A stretch of DNA of 64,000 nucleotides from an uncultured Candidatus Binatia bacterium (GCA_965215605.1 OZ244070.1:3895973-3959972); one strand, 5' to 3'. Positions 49,467-59,836 are shown, counted from the stretch's first letter. Notes: a model not told the origin generated them from the letters alone. Program-made: numbers and translations.

Positions 49467-50564
49467 ATGATGATCATCGACTCCGACACGCATATCGCCG
49501 AACCCGTCGCCATGTGGGACCACATCGACGAGGGGATGTATGCGCGCCGCCCGGTGCTGGCCTCGGTGCCCGAGGACACCCTCTACGGCCCGCGCAACGC
49601 CTTCTGGCTCATCGACGGCAACATCGTGCCGAAGCCCAACGGCAAGGGGAGCTACCGCCTGGTCACCCCGTCCGCCACGAAGCTGGAGTCGTCCCGCAGC
49701 GACAGCCTCATCGCCAGCCGCGAGATCACCCGGCCCGAGGTCCGGCTGGCGGACATGGACCGGCTCGGCATCGACGTCCAGGTCATCTATCCGACGCTCT
49801 TCCTGACCTACCTGACCCACGACGCGGAGTTGGAGACCGCCTTGTGCAAGGCCTACAACCGCTACATGTGGGAGGTGCAGCGCACCGGGCAGAACCGCCT
49901 CCTGTGGACCGCGGTGCTGCCGCTGCGCTCCATCGAGGCCTCCGTCGACGAAATGCGGCTGGCCAGGGAGCACGACGCCGTTGGCATCTTCTTTCGCGGC
50001 ATGGAGGGGGACCGGACCCTGGACGACCCCTACTTCTTCCCGGTCTACGAAGAAGCCGCCAAGCTCGACCTGCCCATCTGCATCCACACCGGCATGGGCG
50101 CGCCGTCGATCATCAACCTGTTCAGCTTCGAGCGGAACTTCTCCTTCGCCCAAGGCCGGGTCCTGCCGGTGTTCGCGTTCCGCGACCTGGTGGCGAACCG
50201 CATACCCGAGGAGTTTCCAGGCCTGCGCATCGGCTTCATCGAGGCCTCGGCGGGCTGGGTGCCGTTCATGCTGCACATCCTGAAGCGGCTGCTCAAGAGC
50301 GACTGGAAGCACAAGTCGGACGAAGGACTGTTCGAGGAGTACCGCCTGTTCGTCGCCTGCGAGGCGGACGAGGACGTCCCATACCTCGTGGACTACATCG
50401 GCGAGGACCATCTTCTCATCGGCTCCGACTACGGCCACCAGGACCCCTCTTTCGAGCCCGACCTGACGGGCACCATCCGCGGCCGGGAGGACATCCCGCA
50501 ACGGGTGGCCGACAAGATGTTCGGTGACAACCCCAAGCGGTTCTACGGCATCGACGGAGCCTGA
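49467..50564 (+). CDS. Amidohydrolase_2 family protein (tandem paralog of the upstream gene)
   Basis: IDSDTH, CIHTG, IEASAGW, GSDYGHQD; long stretches near-identical to 48348..49439. Confidence 0.92.
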   Translation: MMIIDSDTHIAEPVAMWDHIDEGMYARRPVLASVPEDTLYGPRNAFWLIDGNIVPKPNGKGSYRLVTPSATKLESSRSDSLIASREITRPEVRLADMDRLGIDVQVIYPTLFLTYLTHDAELETALCKAYNRYMWEVQRTGQNRLLWTAVLPLRSIEASVDEMRLAREHDAVGIFFRGMEGDRTLDDPYFFPVYEEAAKLDLPICIHTGMGAPSIINLFSFERNFSFAQGRVLPVFAFRDLVANRIPEEFPGLRIGFIEASAGWVPFMLHILKRLLKSDWKHKSDEGLFEEYRLFVACEADEDVPYLVDYIGEDHLLIGSDYGHQDPSFEPDLTGTIRGREDIPQRVADKMFGDNPKRFYGIDGA

Positions 50565-50614
50565 TCCGAACCGACACATCCAAAACCCCTGCTTCGGAGC
50601 GAAAGGAGAATTCC

Positions 50615-51676
50615 ATGCGCGCGAATGCCTATCCGGTCATCGACGGCGACGGCCATATCATGGAGAACGCCAGCGAGATCATGCCCTACATGGGAGAGAA
50701 GTACGTGGGCAGCGACGGGCAGCCGGCCTGGGCGCGCATGTACGCGCTGTTCCCGTCGCTGGACGGATGGACCCGGTTGTCGAACATGAGTTCCTCGGGG
50801 CTCAGGGACTATCCGGACTGCGACATGTGGGTGTCGTTCCTGGAAGACTGCGGCATCGACCGGACCGTCGTCTTCCCGACCTCCGGCCTTGGATTCGGGC
50901 TGATCCAGGATCCCGCCTATTCGGTCAACATCGCCCACGCCTACAACACGTGGCTCCACGAGTACTACATGAAGCGGACGCCGAGGGTCCTCGGCGTGGC
51001 GCTGATCCCGATTCACAGCATCGATGACGCCATCACGGAGATGCGGCGGGCCAAGGAGGAACTGGGCATGCCGGGTGCGGTGCTGCCGTCGGTGAACTCG
51101 CTGGGCAAGGGCTACGGCCACGAGAGCTTCTTCCCGCTCTACGAAGAGGCATGCCGCCTCGACATGGCGCTGGCCATCCACGGCGCGCCCAGCCGCGGCC
51201 TGGGTTTCGACTATCTCGACAGCTTCGCCGAGGTCCATGCGCTGGAGCATCCCATACCGCTGCTGATCCATCTGACCAACATGGTTTTCCAGGGCGTATT
51301 CGAGCTCTTCCCCGATCTCCGTGTCGCCTACCTGGAAGCGGGCGCCGGCTGGGTGCCGTTCATGATGGACCGGCTCGACGAGGGCTACGAGCGGCGCGGC
51401 AAGAAGTGGGCGCCCAGGTTGAAGCATTCCCCCAGCCACTACATCAAGAGCGGCAGCGTGTACGTCTCCGTCGAGTCCGAGGAACGCACCCTGCCCTACG
51501 TCGTCGAACTCCTCGGCGAGGACCACATCTTCTTCGCTTCGGACTATCCCCACGAGCGGCCGCGCGAGGAATACCTCAAGGACATCCCCGAGCTGTGCGC
51601 CAGGGAGGACGTTTCGGACACGGCCAAGCGGAAGATCCTGGCCGACAACGCGAACCGCTTCTACCGGCTGAATTGA
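50615..51676 (+). CDS. Amidohydrolase_2 family protein
   Basis: IDGDGH, VFPT, AIHG, LEAGAGW, ASDYPHE, KILADNA. Confidence 0.92.
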   Translation: MRANAYPVIDGDGHIMENASEIMPYMGEKYVGSDGQPAWARMYALFPSLDGWTRLSNMSSSGLRDYPDCDMWVSFLEDCGIDRTVVFPTSGLGFGLIQDPAYSVNIAHAYNTWLHEYYMKRTPRVLGVALIPIHSIDDAITEMRRAKEELGMPGAVLPSVNSLGKGYGHESFFPLYEEACRLDMALAIHGAPSRGLGFDYLDSFAEVHALEHPIPLLIHLTNMVFQGVFELFPDLRVAYLEAGAGWVPFMMDRLDEGYERRGKKWAPRLKHSPSHYIKSGSVYVSVESEERTLPYVVELLGEDHIFFASDYPHERPREEYLKDIPELCAREDVSDTAKRKILADNANRFYRLN

Positions 51677-51700
51677 CACGACCGGCAAATAACCTATAAT
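51673..51700 (+). promoter_or_regulatory. Consensus sigma70 promoter upstream of moeB/Z
   Basis: TTGACA (51673-51678), 16 nt spacer, TATAAT (51695-51700). Confidence 0.8.
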
Positions 51701-51750
51701 TAAGATCTAGAACTCGGTTATTATTCCAGGACCTCCGCGAGGGAAAGAGC

Positions 51751-52923
51751 ATGGCCAAGACATTTCAGCAACTGATGGACGAGGCGCGGGACACCGTGAA
51801 GGAGCTGTCGCCCCAGCAGGTACACGAGCTGCTGCAGAACGACGGCCAGCACGTGCTCCTGGACGTCCGGGAGAAAGAGGAATACCGGGAAGGACACCTG
51901 GAAGGCGCGGTATCGGTGCCGCGGGGTTTCCTCGAGATGAAGATGGACGCCGAGGTGCCCGACAAGTCGACCCCCATCATTGCCTATTGCGCCGGCGGCG
52001 TGAGATCGCTGCTGGCCGGCAAGGTGATGCAGGAGATGGGCTACCAGGACGTGATCTCCATGTCCGGCGGCTACGGCGCCTGGAAGAACGAAGGCTACTC
52101 CTTCAAGCAGGACCGGCAATTCACGCAAGAGCAACTCACCCGCTACAGCCGCCACTTCCTGCTTCCCGAGGTGGGAGAAGAGGGCCAGGCGAAGCTCCTG
52201 GACGCCAAGGTGCTGATGGTGGGCGCCGGCGGCTTGGGCTCGCCGTCCGCCTACTACCTCGCGGCAGCCGGCGTGGGCACCATGGGAATCATCGATCACG
52301 ACGTGGTGGATCTGTCCAACCTGCAGCGCCAGATCCTCCACACCAACGACCGCATCGGCGAGCCCAAGGCCGAGTCGGCGCGTCAGACCCTTCAGGGACT
52401 GAACCCCGACGTCAACGTGGTCCCCATTCCCGAGCGGCTCAGCTCCGACAACATCATGGAGATCATCAAGGACTATGACATCGTGGTGGACGGCTGCGAC
52501 AACTTCGCCACCCGCTACCTGGTGAACGATGCCTGCGTGATGACCGGCAAGCCCAACGTCCACGGCAGCATCTTCCAGTTCGAGGGGCAGGTATCGGTGT
52601 TCCACCCGGGCAACGGCCCCTGCTACCGCTGCCTCTACCCCGAGCCGCCTCCCCCGGGCATGGCGCCGAGCTGCGCCGAGGCCGGAGTGCTGGGGGTCCT
52701 GCCCGGGCTCATCGGCACGATCCAGGCGGTGGAGGCCATCAAGCTCATCCTCGGCAAGGGCGACTCCCTGGCCGGACGCCTGCTCCATTTCAATACGCTG
52801 ACCATGGAGATCAACACGCTCCGCCTGCGGCAGGACCCCGAGTGCCCGATGTGCGGCGAGAAGCCAACCATCCACGAACTCATCGACTACGAGGAGTTCT
52901 GCAACCTCCAGGGAGCGGCCTGA
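51751..52923 (+). CDS. moeB: Rhodanese-ThiF/MoeB fusion (MoeZ-like adenylyltransferase/sulfurtransferase)
   Basis: N-terminal rhodanese (LDVRE, YCAGGVRS); RYSRH, GAGGLGSP, SNLQRQ, DGCDNF, CYRC...CPMC Zn motifs, SCAEAGVLG. Confidence 0.92.
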   Translation: MAKTFQQLMDEARDTVKELSPQQVHELLQNDGQHVLLDVREKEEYREGHLEGAVSVPRGFLEMKMDAEVPDKSTPIIAYCAGGVRSLLAGKVMQEMGYQDVISMSGGYGAWKNEGYSFKQDRQFTQEQLTRYSRHFLLPEVGEEGQAKLLDAKVLMVGAGGLGSPSAYYLAAAGVGTMGIIDHDVVDLSNLQRQILHTNDRIGEPKAESARQTLQGLNPDVNVVPIPERLSSDNIMEIIKDYDIVVDGCDNFATRYLVNDACVMTGKPNVHGSIFQFEGQVSVFHPGNGPCYRCLYPEPPPPGMAPSCAEAGVLGVLPGLIGTIQAVEAIKLILGKGDSLAGRLLHFNTLTMEINTLRLRQDPECPMCGEKPTIHELIDYEEFCNLQGAA

Positions 52924-52976
52924 GGGGTCCGTCGGTAGCCCGCGCGCCCGGGGACAACCCACGCTTCTCTCCGGCG

Positions 52977-53696
52977 TTACCGGTACGGCGTGCGTTGGGG
53001 CCGCACCGTGATCTCCACCGGACAGGCGGTGGGCGGCGCGGTCAGGACGAACAGCACCGTCTGAGCCACGTCCTCCGCCTGGATCATCCTGCTGCGGTCC
53101 AGGTGCCTCACCGGCGGTATCATTCCGGTATCCACGAAACCCGGAATGATCGCGGCCACCTTGACGCGGTGCTCCCGCACCTCTTCGAACAGTGACTGGC
53201 TGAAGGCGATGAGTCCGGCCTTGGAGGCGGCGTAGGCCGCCGAACCGCCCTGCCCCGCCCGCCCCGATATCGACGCGATGTTCACGACGGCACCCGACTG
53301 CCTGGCCACGAGCGTGGGCAGGACGAGCTGGCTCAGGATCATGGGCGCCAGAAGGTTGACCCGGAGGGTCCGCTCCCAGTCCGGCACCCTCGCCTTGGCG
53401 ATGTCGGCCTTGATGCCCCAGCCGGCGTTGTTGACGAGGAAATCCACGGTGCCGAACCGGTCGAGGGTCTGCTCTACCAGCATCTCCAGATCCTCTTGCG
53501 CGGACAGGTCGGCGCGGACCCGGCAGGCCTGTCCGCCCCGGGAGGCGATCTCGGCCTGCAACGCCTGGAGTTGATGCTCGCTTCTCGACGCCACCATGAC
53601 GCGGCAACCCTCTTCGGCCGCCAGCAACGCGATGGCGCGGCCGATGCCCCGGCCCGCGCCGGTGACGATGCACACCTTGTCCTGGAGTCGCTTCAC
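52977..53696 (-). CDS. SDR family oxidoreductase
   Basis: TGAGRGIG, NNAG, YAASK. Confidence 0.92.
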   Translation of the reverse strand: MKRLQDKVCIVTGAGRGIGRAIALLAAEEGCRVMVASRSEHQLQALQAEIASRGGQACRVRADLSAQEDLEMLVEQTLDRFGTVDFLVNNAGWGIKADIAKARVPDWERTLRVNLLAPMILSQLVLPTLVARQSGAVVNIASISGRAGQGGSAAYAASKAGLIAFSQSLFEEVREHRVKVAAIIPGFVDTGMIPPVRHLDRSRMIQAEDVAQTVLFVLTAPPTACPVEITVRPQRTPYR

Positions 53697-54109
53697 TGAA
53701 CGGTGGAATGAGGCTCGGGCTCGGCCATCATTACGGGCGAGCCGTGGTGGTGGATCATGAACCAGCCGTCCGGGCGCTGTTCATAGATGTTGGTGGCAAG
53801 CACCACGGCGGCATTGGTCTCTCCCTGGAGTCTGGAGGCCAGGTTCTCGTAGAGCGTGACCCAGGCCAGGGAGCCCTGAATCCGCGTCTCCACGTTGGTG
53901 AGCGTAAAGCGCATCCGCTCCGTGTTCTCGAAGATCCGCCGCCAGCTTTCCATGACCGCGTCCCAGCCGGAAAGCAGCGCCCAGCCGGGATGGACGCACT
54001 TGATGTAATCTTCGCGCAGCCAGATGCCCTCCATGCGCTTGATGTCGAGGCTCTCGAAAGCCTCGTAGAAGCGCCGGTTGACATCCTTCACCGGATCATC
54101 TGCCGCCAT
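53693..54109 (-). CDS. NTF2/SnoaL-like domain protein
   Basis: NRRFYEAFE..D, CVHPGW..L.GWDAVMESW, ATNIY, W.MIHHHGSP. Confidence 0.85.
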   Translation of the reverse strand: MAADDPVKDVNRRFYEAFESLDIKRMEGIWLREDYIKCVHPGWALLSGWDAVMESWRRIFENTERMRFTLTNVETRIQGSLAWVTLYENLASRLQGETNAAVVLATNIYEQRPDGWFMIHHHGSPVMMAEPEPHSTVQ

Positions 54110-54130
54110 GAGCCCCTCCCCTCCACCACC

Positions 54131-54160
54131 CCTGGATTCCCGCTTCCGCGGGAATGACGG
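54131..54160. repeat. REP/dRS3-like palindromic element
   Basis: TGG-ATTCCC-GCTTCCGC-GGGAAT-GACGG (core 54136-54155). Confidence 0.8.
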
Positions 54161-54231
54161 GTCCGGGGTGCGGTGCATTGCGTACCGTTGACGCGGCCGC
54201 GTGTGGCCCGGCCGCTTCGTTCGCGGGCTCC

Positions 54232-54558
54232 TCAGTGGCCGGGCCGCGGCGCCATCATCACCAACAGCTTCAACGGTCCCGGCCCGGGGTTCTCCACGCC
54301 GTGGGGCTCTCCCGAAGGCGCCAGCGCCACCTCGTCCCTGCCGAGCTCCCGCTGCTCCGCGCCGATGCGGAACAGCCCCCTGCCCTCCAGCACGAAGTAG
54401 ACCTTGTCGGATCCGTCGTGCGTGTGCACGCTCTGGGCCTGTCCGGGCTCGAAGCAGTACACGTCACAGAACAGGCGCTCGGTCTCGAAGACACCGTTCT
54501 TTTTCATCTTCTCCGGCGAGAACTGCGCAACTTCCGAAACCCTTTTGAACACTTCCAT
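54232..54558 (-). CDS. Cupin domain protein
   Basis: PGQAQSVHTH...K.YFVLEGRG and P.GEPHGVEN cupin motifs. Confidence 0.85.
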   Translation of the reverse strand: MEVFKRVSEVAQFSPEKMKKNGVFETERLFCDVYCFEPGQAQSVHTHDGSDKVYFVLEGRGLFRIGAEQRELGRDEVALAPSGEPHGVENPGPGPLKLLVMMAPRPGH

Positions 54559-54641
54559 GAGCAACCTCCGGGACGAAGCCGTCATGGTACCACAGGCGTC
54601 TTTCCATGCAAAAGTTCGGCGGATCTGCTATTTTCCCCGAC

Positions 54642-55835
54642 ATGCGCGCGGCCTTGGTCCGATACCACGAAATTGCCCTCAAGCGCGGCAACCGCGCCTG
54701 GTTCGTCGAGCACCTCAAGAAGAACCTCAGCACGGCCCTGCGAGGCATGGGACTCAAGGAAATCCGCAATGCCTCCGGCAGACTGTTGCTGAACTTCAAC
54801 CAGGACGTGCCGCCGGAGGAAGTGACCGACCGGCTCGGCCGGGTCTTCGGCATCGCCAACTTCTCGCTGGTGGAACGCACCGACGCCGACATGCCGGCGC
54901 TGGAGGCATACGTTCTGAAGGCCCTTCAGGGGGAGTCCTTCGACTCCTTCCGGATCGAGACCCGGCGCGTGGACAAGCGTTTCCCGCTGACCTCCAACGA
55001 GATCAACCGGACGCTCGGCGCCCTGGTGCAGGCCCACTCGGGCTCGCGGGTGGACCTGACCCGGCCCGAGCTGACGGTGTCCGTGGAGGTGCTGCCCTCC
55101 AGCGCCTTCGTCAGCCTGGGGCGCGCGCCGGGCCCGGGCGGCCTGCCGGTGGGCGCCAGCGGGCGGCTGGTGTCGCTCATCTCCGGCGGCATCGATTCCC
55201 CGGTGGCCTCGTACCGGATGATGCAGCGCGGTTGCCGTCTCATGTTCGTGCACTTCCACAGCAGCCCGTTCCTGGACCGCTCGTCCCAGGACAAGTCCAG
55301 GGCGCTGGTGGAGATGCTCACCCGCTACCAGTACCTCTCCCGGCTCCATCTCGTGCCGTTCGGCGAGATTCAACGCCGGATCGTCGCCGCCGTCCTCCGT
55401 CCGCTCCGGGTAGTGATCTACCGCAGGATGATGCTCCGGATCGCTTCCGCCATCGCCGCCAAGGAGCGCGCCCGGGCGCTGGTGACTGGGGAGAGCCTGG
55501 CCCAGGTGGCGTCCCAGACCCTGCCCAACATCGCGGTCATCGAGGAAGCCGCGCGGCTGCCGGTGCTGCGGCCGCTCATCGGCATGGACAAGCAGGAGAT
55601 CATCGACCAGGCCATGGCCATCGGCACCTTCGAGACCTCGGTTCAACCCGACCAGGACTGCTGCCAGCTCTTCGTGCCCAAGCACCCGGCCATCAAGACC
55701 ACCCTGCGCCGGGTACGGGAGGCCGAAGCCGCCCTCGACGTGGACGAGCTGGTGGGCATGGGAGTGGACCAGGCCGAGACCGAACGCTTCCACTTCCCCG
55801 AGCCAAAGCAGCGCGGTACAACGAAGGTCGCCTGA
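54642..55835 (+). CDS. thiI: tRNA 4-thiouridine synthase (THUMP + PP-loop, no rhodanese domain)
   Basis: VRYHEIALKRGNR, GPGGLPVG, SGGIDSPVA, TGESLAQVASQTL, RPLIGMDK.EI, DCC. Confidence 0.95.
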   Translation: MRAALVRYHEIALKRGNRAWFVEHLKKNLSTALRGMGLKEIRNASGRLLLNFNQDVPPEEVTDRLGRVFGIANFSLVERTDADMPALEAYVLKALQGESFDSFRIETRRVDKRFPLTSNEINRTLGALVQAHSGSRVDLTRPELTVSVEVLPSSAFVSLGRAPGPGGLPVGASGRLVSLISGGIDSPVASYRMMQRGCRLMFVHFHSSPFLDRSSQDKSRALVEMLTRYQYLSRLHLVPFGEIQRRIVAAVLRPLRVVIYRRMMLRIASAIAAKERARALVTGESLAQVASQTLPNIAVIEEAARLPVLRPLIGMDKQEIIDQAMAIGTFETSVQPDQDCCQLFVPKHPAIKTTLRRVREAEAALDVDELVGMGVDQAETERFHFPEPKQRGTTKVA

Positions 55836-55851
55836 ACCGGGCAAGGTACAG

Positions 55852-57264
<1,413 letters not shown>

Positions 57265-57285
57265 CTCGAACACAGGAGGTTTGAT

Positions 57286-58347
57286 ATGGGATACCCCTCG
57301 CTACGGAAACGAATGCTGCCGATATTCTGCTGCCTGGTCATGGGAGTCTTCATGTTGGGCGGCCCGTCCAGCAGTCCGGCCGCGGAGGACATGTTCTTCA
57401 AGGGCAAGACCATCCGAATCGTGGTGGCATTCTCCGTGGGCGGCGGTTTCGACCTCTATTCGCGCACCATAGGCCGTTACATGGGTCGCTATATCCCGGG
57501 AAATCCGCGGTTCCTGGTACAGAACAGGACCGGGGCCGGAGGCCTCATATCGGCCAATTACGTATACAGGAAAGCCAAACCGGATGGCCTGACCATGGGA
57601 AATTTTCCTGGAAGCCTTTTTTGGGCCAGCCTCTACGGACAAAAGGGAATCCAGTTCGTCTCCAGCAAGTACGAGTTTCTCGGGGTCCCGGAATCCACCA
57701 TTTCCGTTTGTGCGTTCACCAAGGCCAGCGGCATTACGGACATGACGAAATGGATGAACTCGCCCAGACCGGTCAAATTGTCCGGCACGGGTCCCGGCAA
57801 TTCCACCAATGACGGTCCCAGATTGCTGAACGCCGCGCTTGGCCTGCCCATCAAGCTGATCGAGGGGTATGGCGGCGCGCCCGGCATGCTTCTCGCCGCC
57901 GAGAAGGGCGAGGTGGATGGTATCTGCGGACTGAGCTGGACAGCCTTGACCGCCACCTGGGGAGCAAAGCTCAAGTCCGGAGATGCGGTGCCGGTCGTGC
58001 AGATGTCGCCGAAGTCGCATCCCGCGCTCAAGCACGTCCCTTTGGACATCAGCTTTGCGAAGACCGACGAGGCACGGCTCCTCATCAAGGCGGGCATCCA
58101 TGATCCGGCCAGGCTCACTCGAATTTACGCGCTGCCTCCGGGCACGCCCCCGGAACGCGTGAAGATGCTTCGAACGGCTTTCATGAAGACCATGCGGGAT
58201 CCGGACTTCCTGGCGGACGCCAAGAAGACGCGCTTGAACATCGATCCTTCGGACGGCGCCGAGGTGCAGCAGGTCGTGGACTCACTGGACGCGCTGCCAC
58301 CTGAAATGGTCCAGAAACTGAAGGACATTCTCTTTCCGAAGAGGTAG
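57286..58347 (+). CDS. Tripartite tricarboxylate transporter substrate-binding protein (TctC/Bug-like), stand-alone
   Basis: Signal peptide; FKGKTIRIVV.FSVGGGFD, NRTGAGG, KPDGLT, GYGG, PPGTPPERV..LR.AF...DPDF. Confidence 0.85.
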   Translation: MGYPSLRKRMLPIFCCLVMGVFMLGGPSSSPAAEDMFFKGKTIRIVVAFSVGGGFDLYSRTIGRYMGRYIPGNPRFLVQNRTGAGGLISANYVYRKAKPDGLTMGNFPGSLFWASLYGQKGIQFVSSKYEFLGVPESTISVCAFTKASGITDMTKWMNSPRPVKLSGTGPGNSTNDGPRLLNAALGLPIKLIEGYGGAPGMLLAAEKGEVDGICGLSWTALTATWGAKLKSGDAVPVVQMSPKSHPALKHVPLDISFAKTDEARLLIKAGIHDPARLTRIYALPPGTPPERVKMLRTAFMKTMRDPDFLADAKKTRLNIDPSDGAEVQQVVDSLDALPPEMVQKLKDILFPKR

Positions 58348-58438
58348 GATGGAGAGGGTGTGGTCGGCGAAACTGCCGGACCGGACCCCAGGCAATGACT
58401 CGGGACGTCGACGTGCAGTTCATGTCCTGCTGAATGGT

Positions 58439-58996
58439 TCAGCGGCTGGAGCCGTGCATCCAGCGGGCCAGCTTCTCCAGGGCCATGCGGCGGTGGGATA
58501 GTTGGTTCTTCTCGTCGCCGAGCTCGCCGTAGGTCCTGCCCGAGGCGCCCTCGGCGATGAAGATCGGGTCGTAGCCCCAGCCCTTTCCCCTGCACTCCAG
58601 GGCGATGGTGCCGGCCACGGCGGAGGGAAAGCACTCGGGCGCGCCGCCGGGACGGCAGTAGGCGAACACGGACTGGAAGGTTGCGCCCCGGTCCGGGGCG
58701 GCCTCCAGCAACCGCAGGATTCCCGAGTTCCCCAGGGTCCGGAAAACGTACGCCGAGTAGGGGCCCGGGAAGCCGTTCAGGCCGTCGATGAACAGCCCGG
58801 TGTCCTCCACCATGGCCGCGCCCTCCACTCGAAGGCAAGCCTCCCGGGCCTTCTCCGCGGCGATCTCTTCCAGGGTATCCGCCTGGATCTCCCGAAGCTC
58901 CATCGAGGCCATCTCCACGGGGATTCCGTAGTCCTCGAGGATGGCGCTTACCTCGCTGAACTTGTGCCGGTTGGAGGTGGCGAATGTGATCGACAA
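58439..58996 (-). CDS. rdgB: Non-canonical purine NTP pyrophosphatase (RdgB/HAM1/ITPase), archaeal-type motifs
   Basis: FATSNRHK, EIQ, EDTGLFIDGLNGFPGPYS, GWGYDPIF, KN.LSHR; TTG start. Confidence 0.92.
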   Translation of the reverse strand: MSITFATSNRHKFSEVSAILEDYGIPVEMASMELREIQADTLEEIAAEKAREACLRVEGAAMVEDTGLFIDGLNGFPGPYSAYVFRTLGNSGILRLLEAAPDRGATFQSVFAYCRPGGAPECFPSAVAGTIALECRGKGWGYDPIFIAEGASGRTYGELGDEKNQLSHRRMALEKLARWMHGSSR

Positions 58997-59027
58997 TATA
59001 AGGAAACCGTCTGAGGGGAGGTGGGGT

Positions 59028-59104
59028 TGGAGCGGGTGACCGGGGTCGAACCGGCGACCTTATGCTTGGCAAGCATACGCTCTAGCCAACTGAGCTACAC
59101 CCGC
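59028..59104 (-). tRNA. tRNA-Gly(GCC)
   Basis: Minus strand GCGGGTGTAGCTCAGTTGGCTAGAGCG-TATGC-TTGCCAA-GCATA-AGGTCGCCGGTTCGACCCCGGTCACCCGCTCCA; 77 nt cloverleaf with encoded CCA; downstream of pgsA, as in pgsA-glyW synteny. Confidence 0.96.
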
Positions 59105-59116
59105 GTCCTGCATGGT

Positions 59117-59145
59117 TTCCTACATGATCCGGCGGCTGTTGTCAA
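59117..59145 (-). promoter_or_regulatory. Putative promoter for tRNA-Gly
   Basis: Minus strand TTGACA-N17-TAGGAA, ending 12 nt before the tRNA. Confidence 0.45.
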
Positions 59146-59171
59146 TTTCCGTCGGCGTCCCCTCCTCCCCG

Positions 59172-59201
59172 CCTGGATTCCCGCTTTCGCCGGAATGACG
59201 G
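59172..59201. repeat. REP/dRS3-like palindromic element
   Basis: CCTGG-ATTCCC-GCTTTCGC-CGGAAT-GACGG (one mismatch in the core). Confidence 0.75.
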
Positions 59202-59242
59202 AGGGATACCAACGTTGCCGAAGTGCATGCTGAGGTATCGGA

Positions 59243-59827
59243 TTACATGCGGGGGGTGTTGGATGACATGGATCTCGCACGCAGCAACCGCAGGAACCGT
59301 ACGTGATAGTCGACGCCGGACCAGAGCGCGAGTACGGTGGAGAGCACCAGGAAGTACATGCCGGCCACGAAGAAGTCGATGCCGAGATAGGGATAGTGGA
59401 CCATCAACCCCACCAGAGCGAAGGTCTGCACCAGGAGCTTGTACTTGCCCAGCTCGTCGGCGGGGATGACGACGCCCTCGGTCAGGGCGATGCCGCGGAG
59501 CACGGTCACGGCCACCTCCCGCGCGACGATGATCACCACCAGCCACACGGGCACGTACGTATCTCCGGGGCGGTCGATGGCCACCAGCATGATGAGGGCG
59601 GTGACCACCAACAGCTTGTCCGCCAGAGGATCCAGGATCTTGCCGAAGTCGGAAACGCTCTTGTTCCGGCGCGCCAGATACCCGTCCAGCATGTCCGTGA
59701 CCGAGGCGACGATGAATACCAGCGCGGCCAGCGCACAGGAAACCGGGTCGGTGAACGCCAGCAGGTAGGCCAGGAACGGGACCAGGAGGATCCGGAAGAG
59801 ACTCAGCAGGTTCGGCAGTGTCCACAT
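59243..59827 (-). CDS. pgsA: CDP-diacylglycerol--glycerol-3-phosphate 3-phosphatidyltransferase
   Basis: LPNLLSLFRI, TDMLDGYLAR...FGKILDPLADK CDP-alcohol motif, IVARE, LGKYK. Confidence 0.93.
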   Translation of the reverse strand: MWTLPNLLSLFRILLVPFLAYLLAFTDPVSCALAALVFIVASVTDMLDGYLARRNKSVSDFGKILDPLADKLLVVTALIMLVAIDRPGDTYVPVWLVVIIVAREVAVTVLRGIALTEGVVIPADELGKYKLLVQTFALVGLMVHYPYLGIDFFVAGMYFLVLSTVLALWSGVDYHVRFLRLLRARSMSSNTPRM

Positions 59828-59836
59828 ACGGACCTC

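Noticed and set aside
57265-59104. Integrative element at tRNA-Gly
   Set aside because: No integrase and no duplicated tRNA 3' end were seen in the window.
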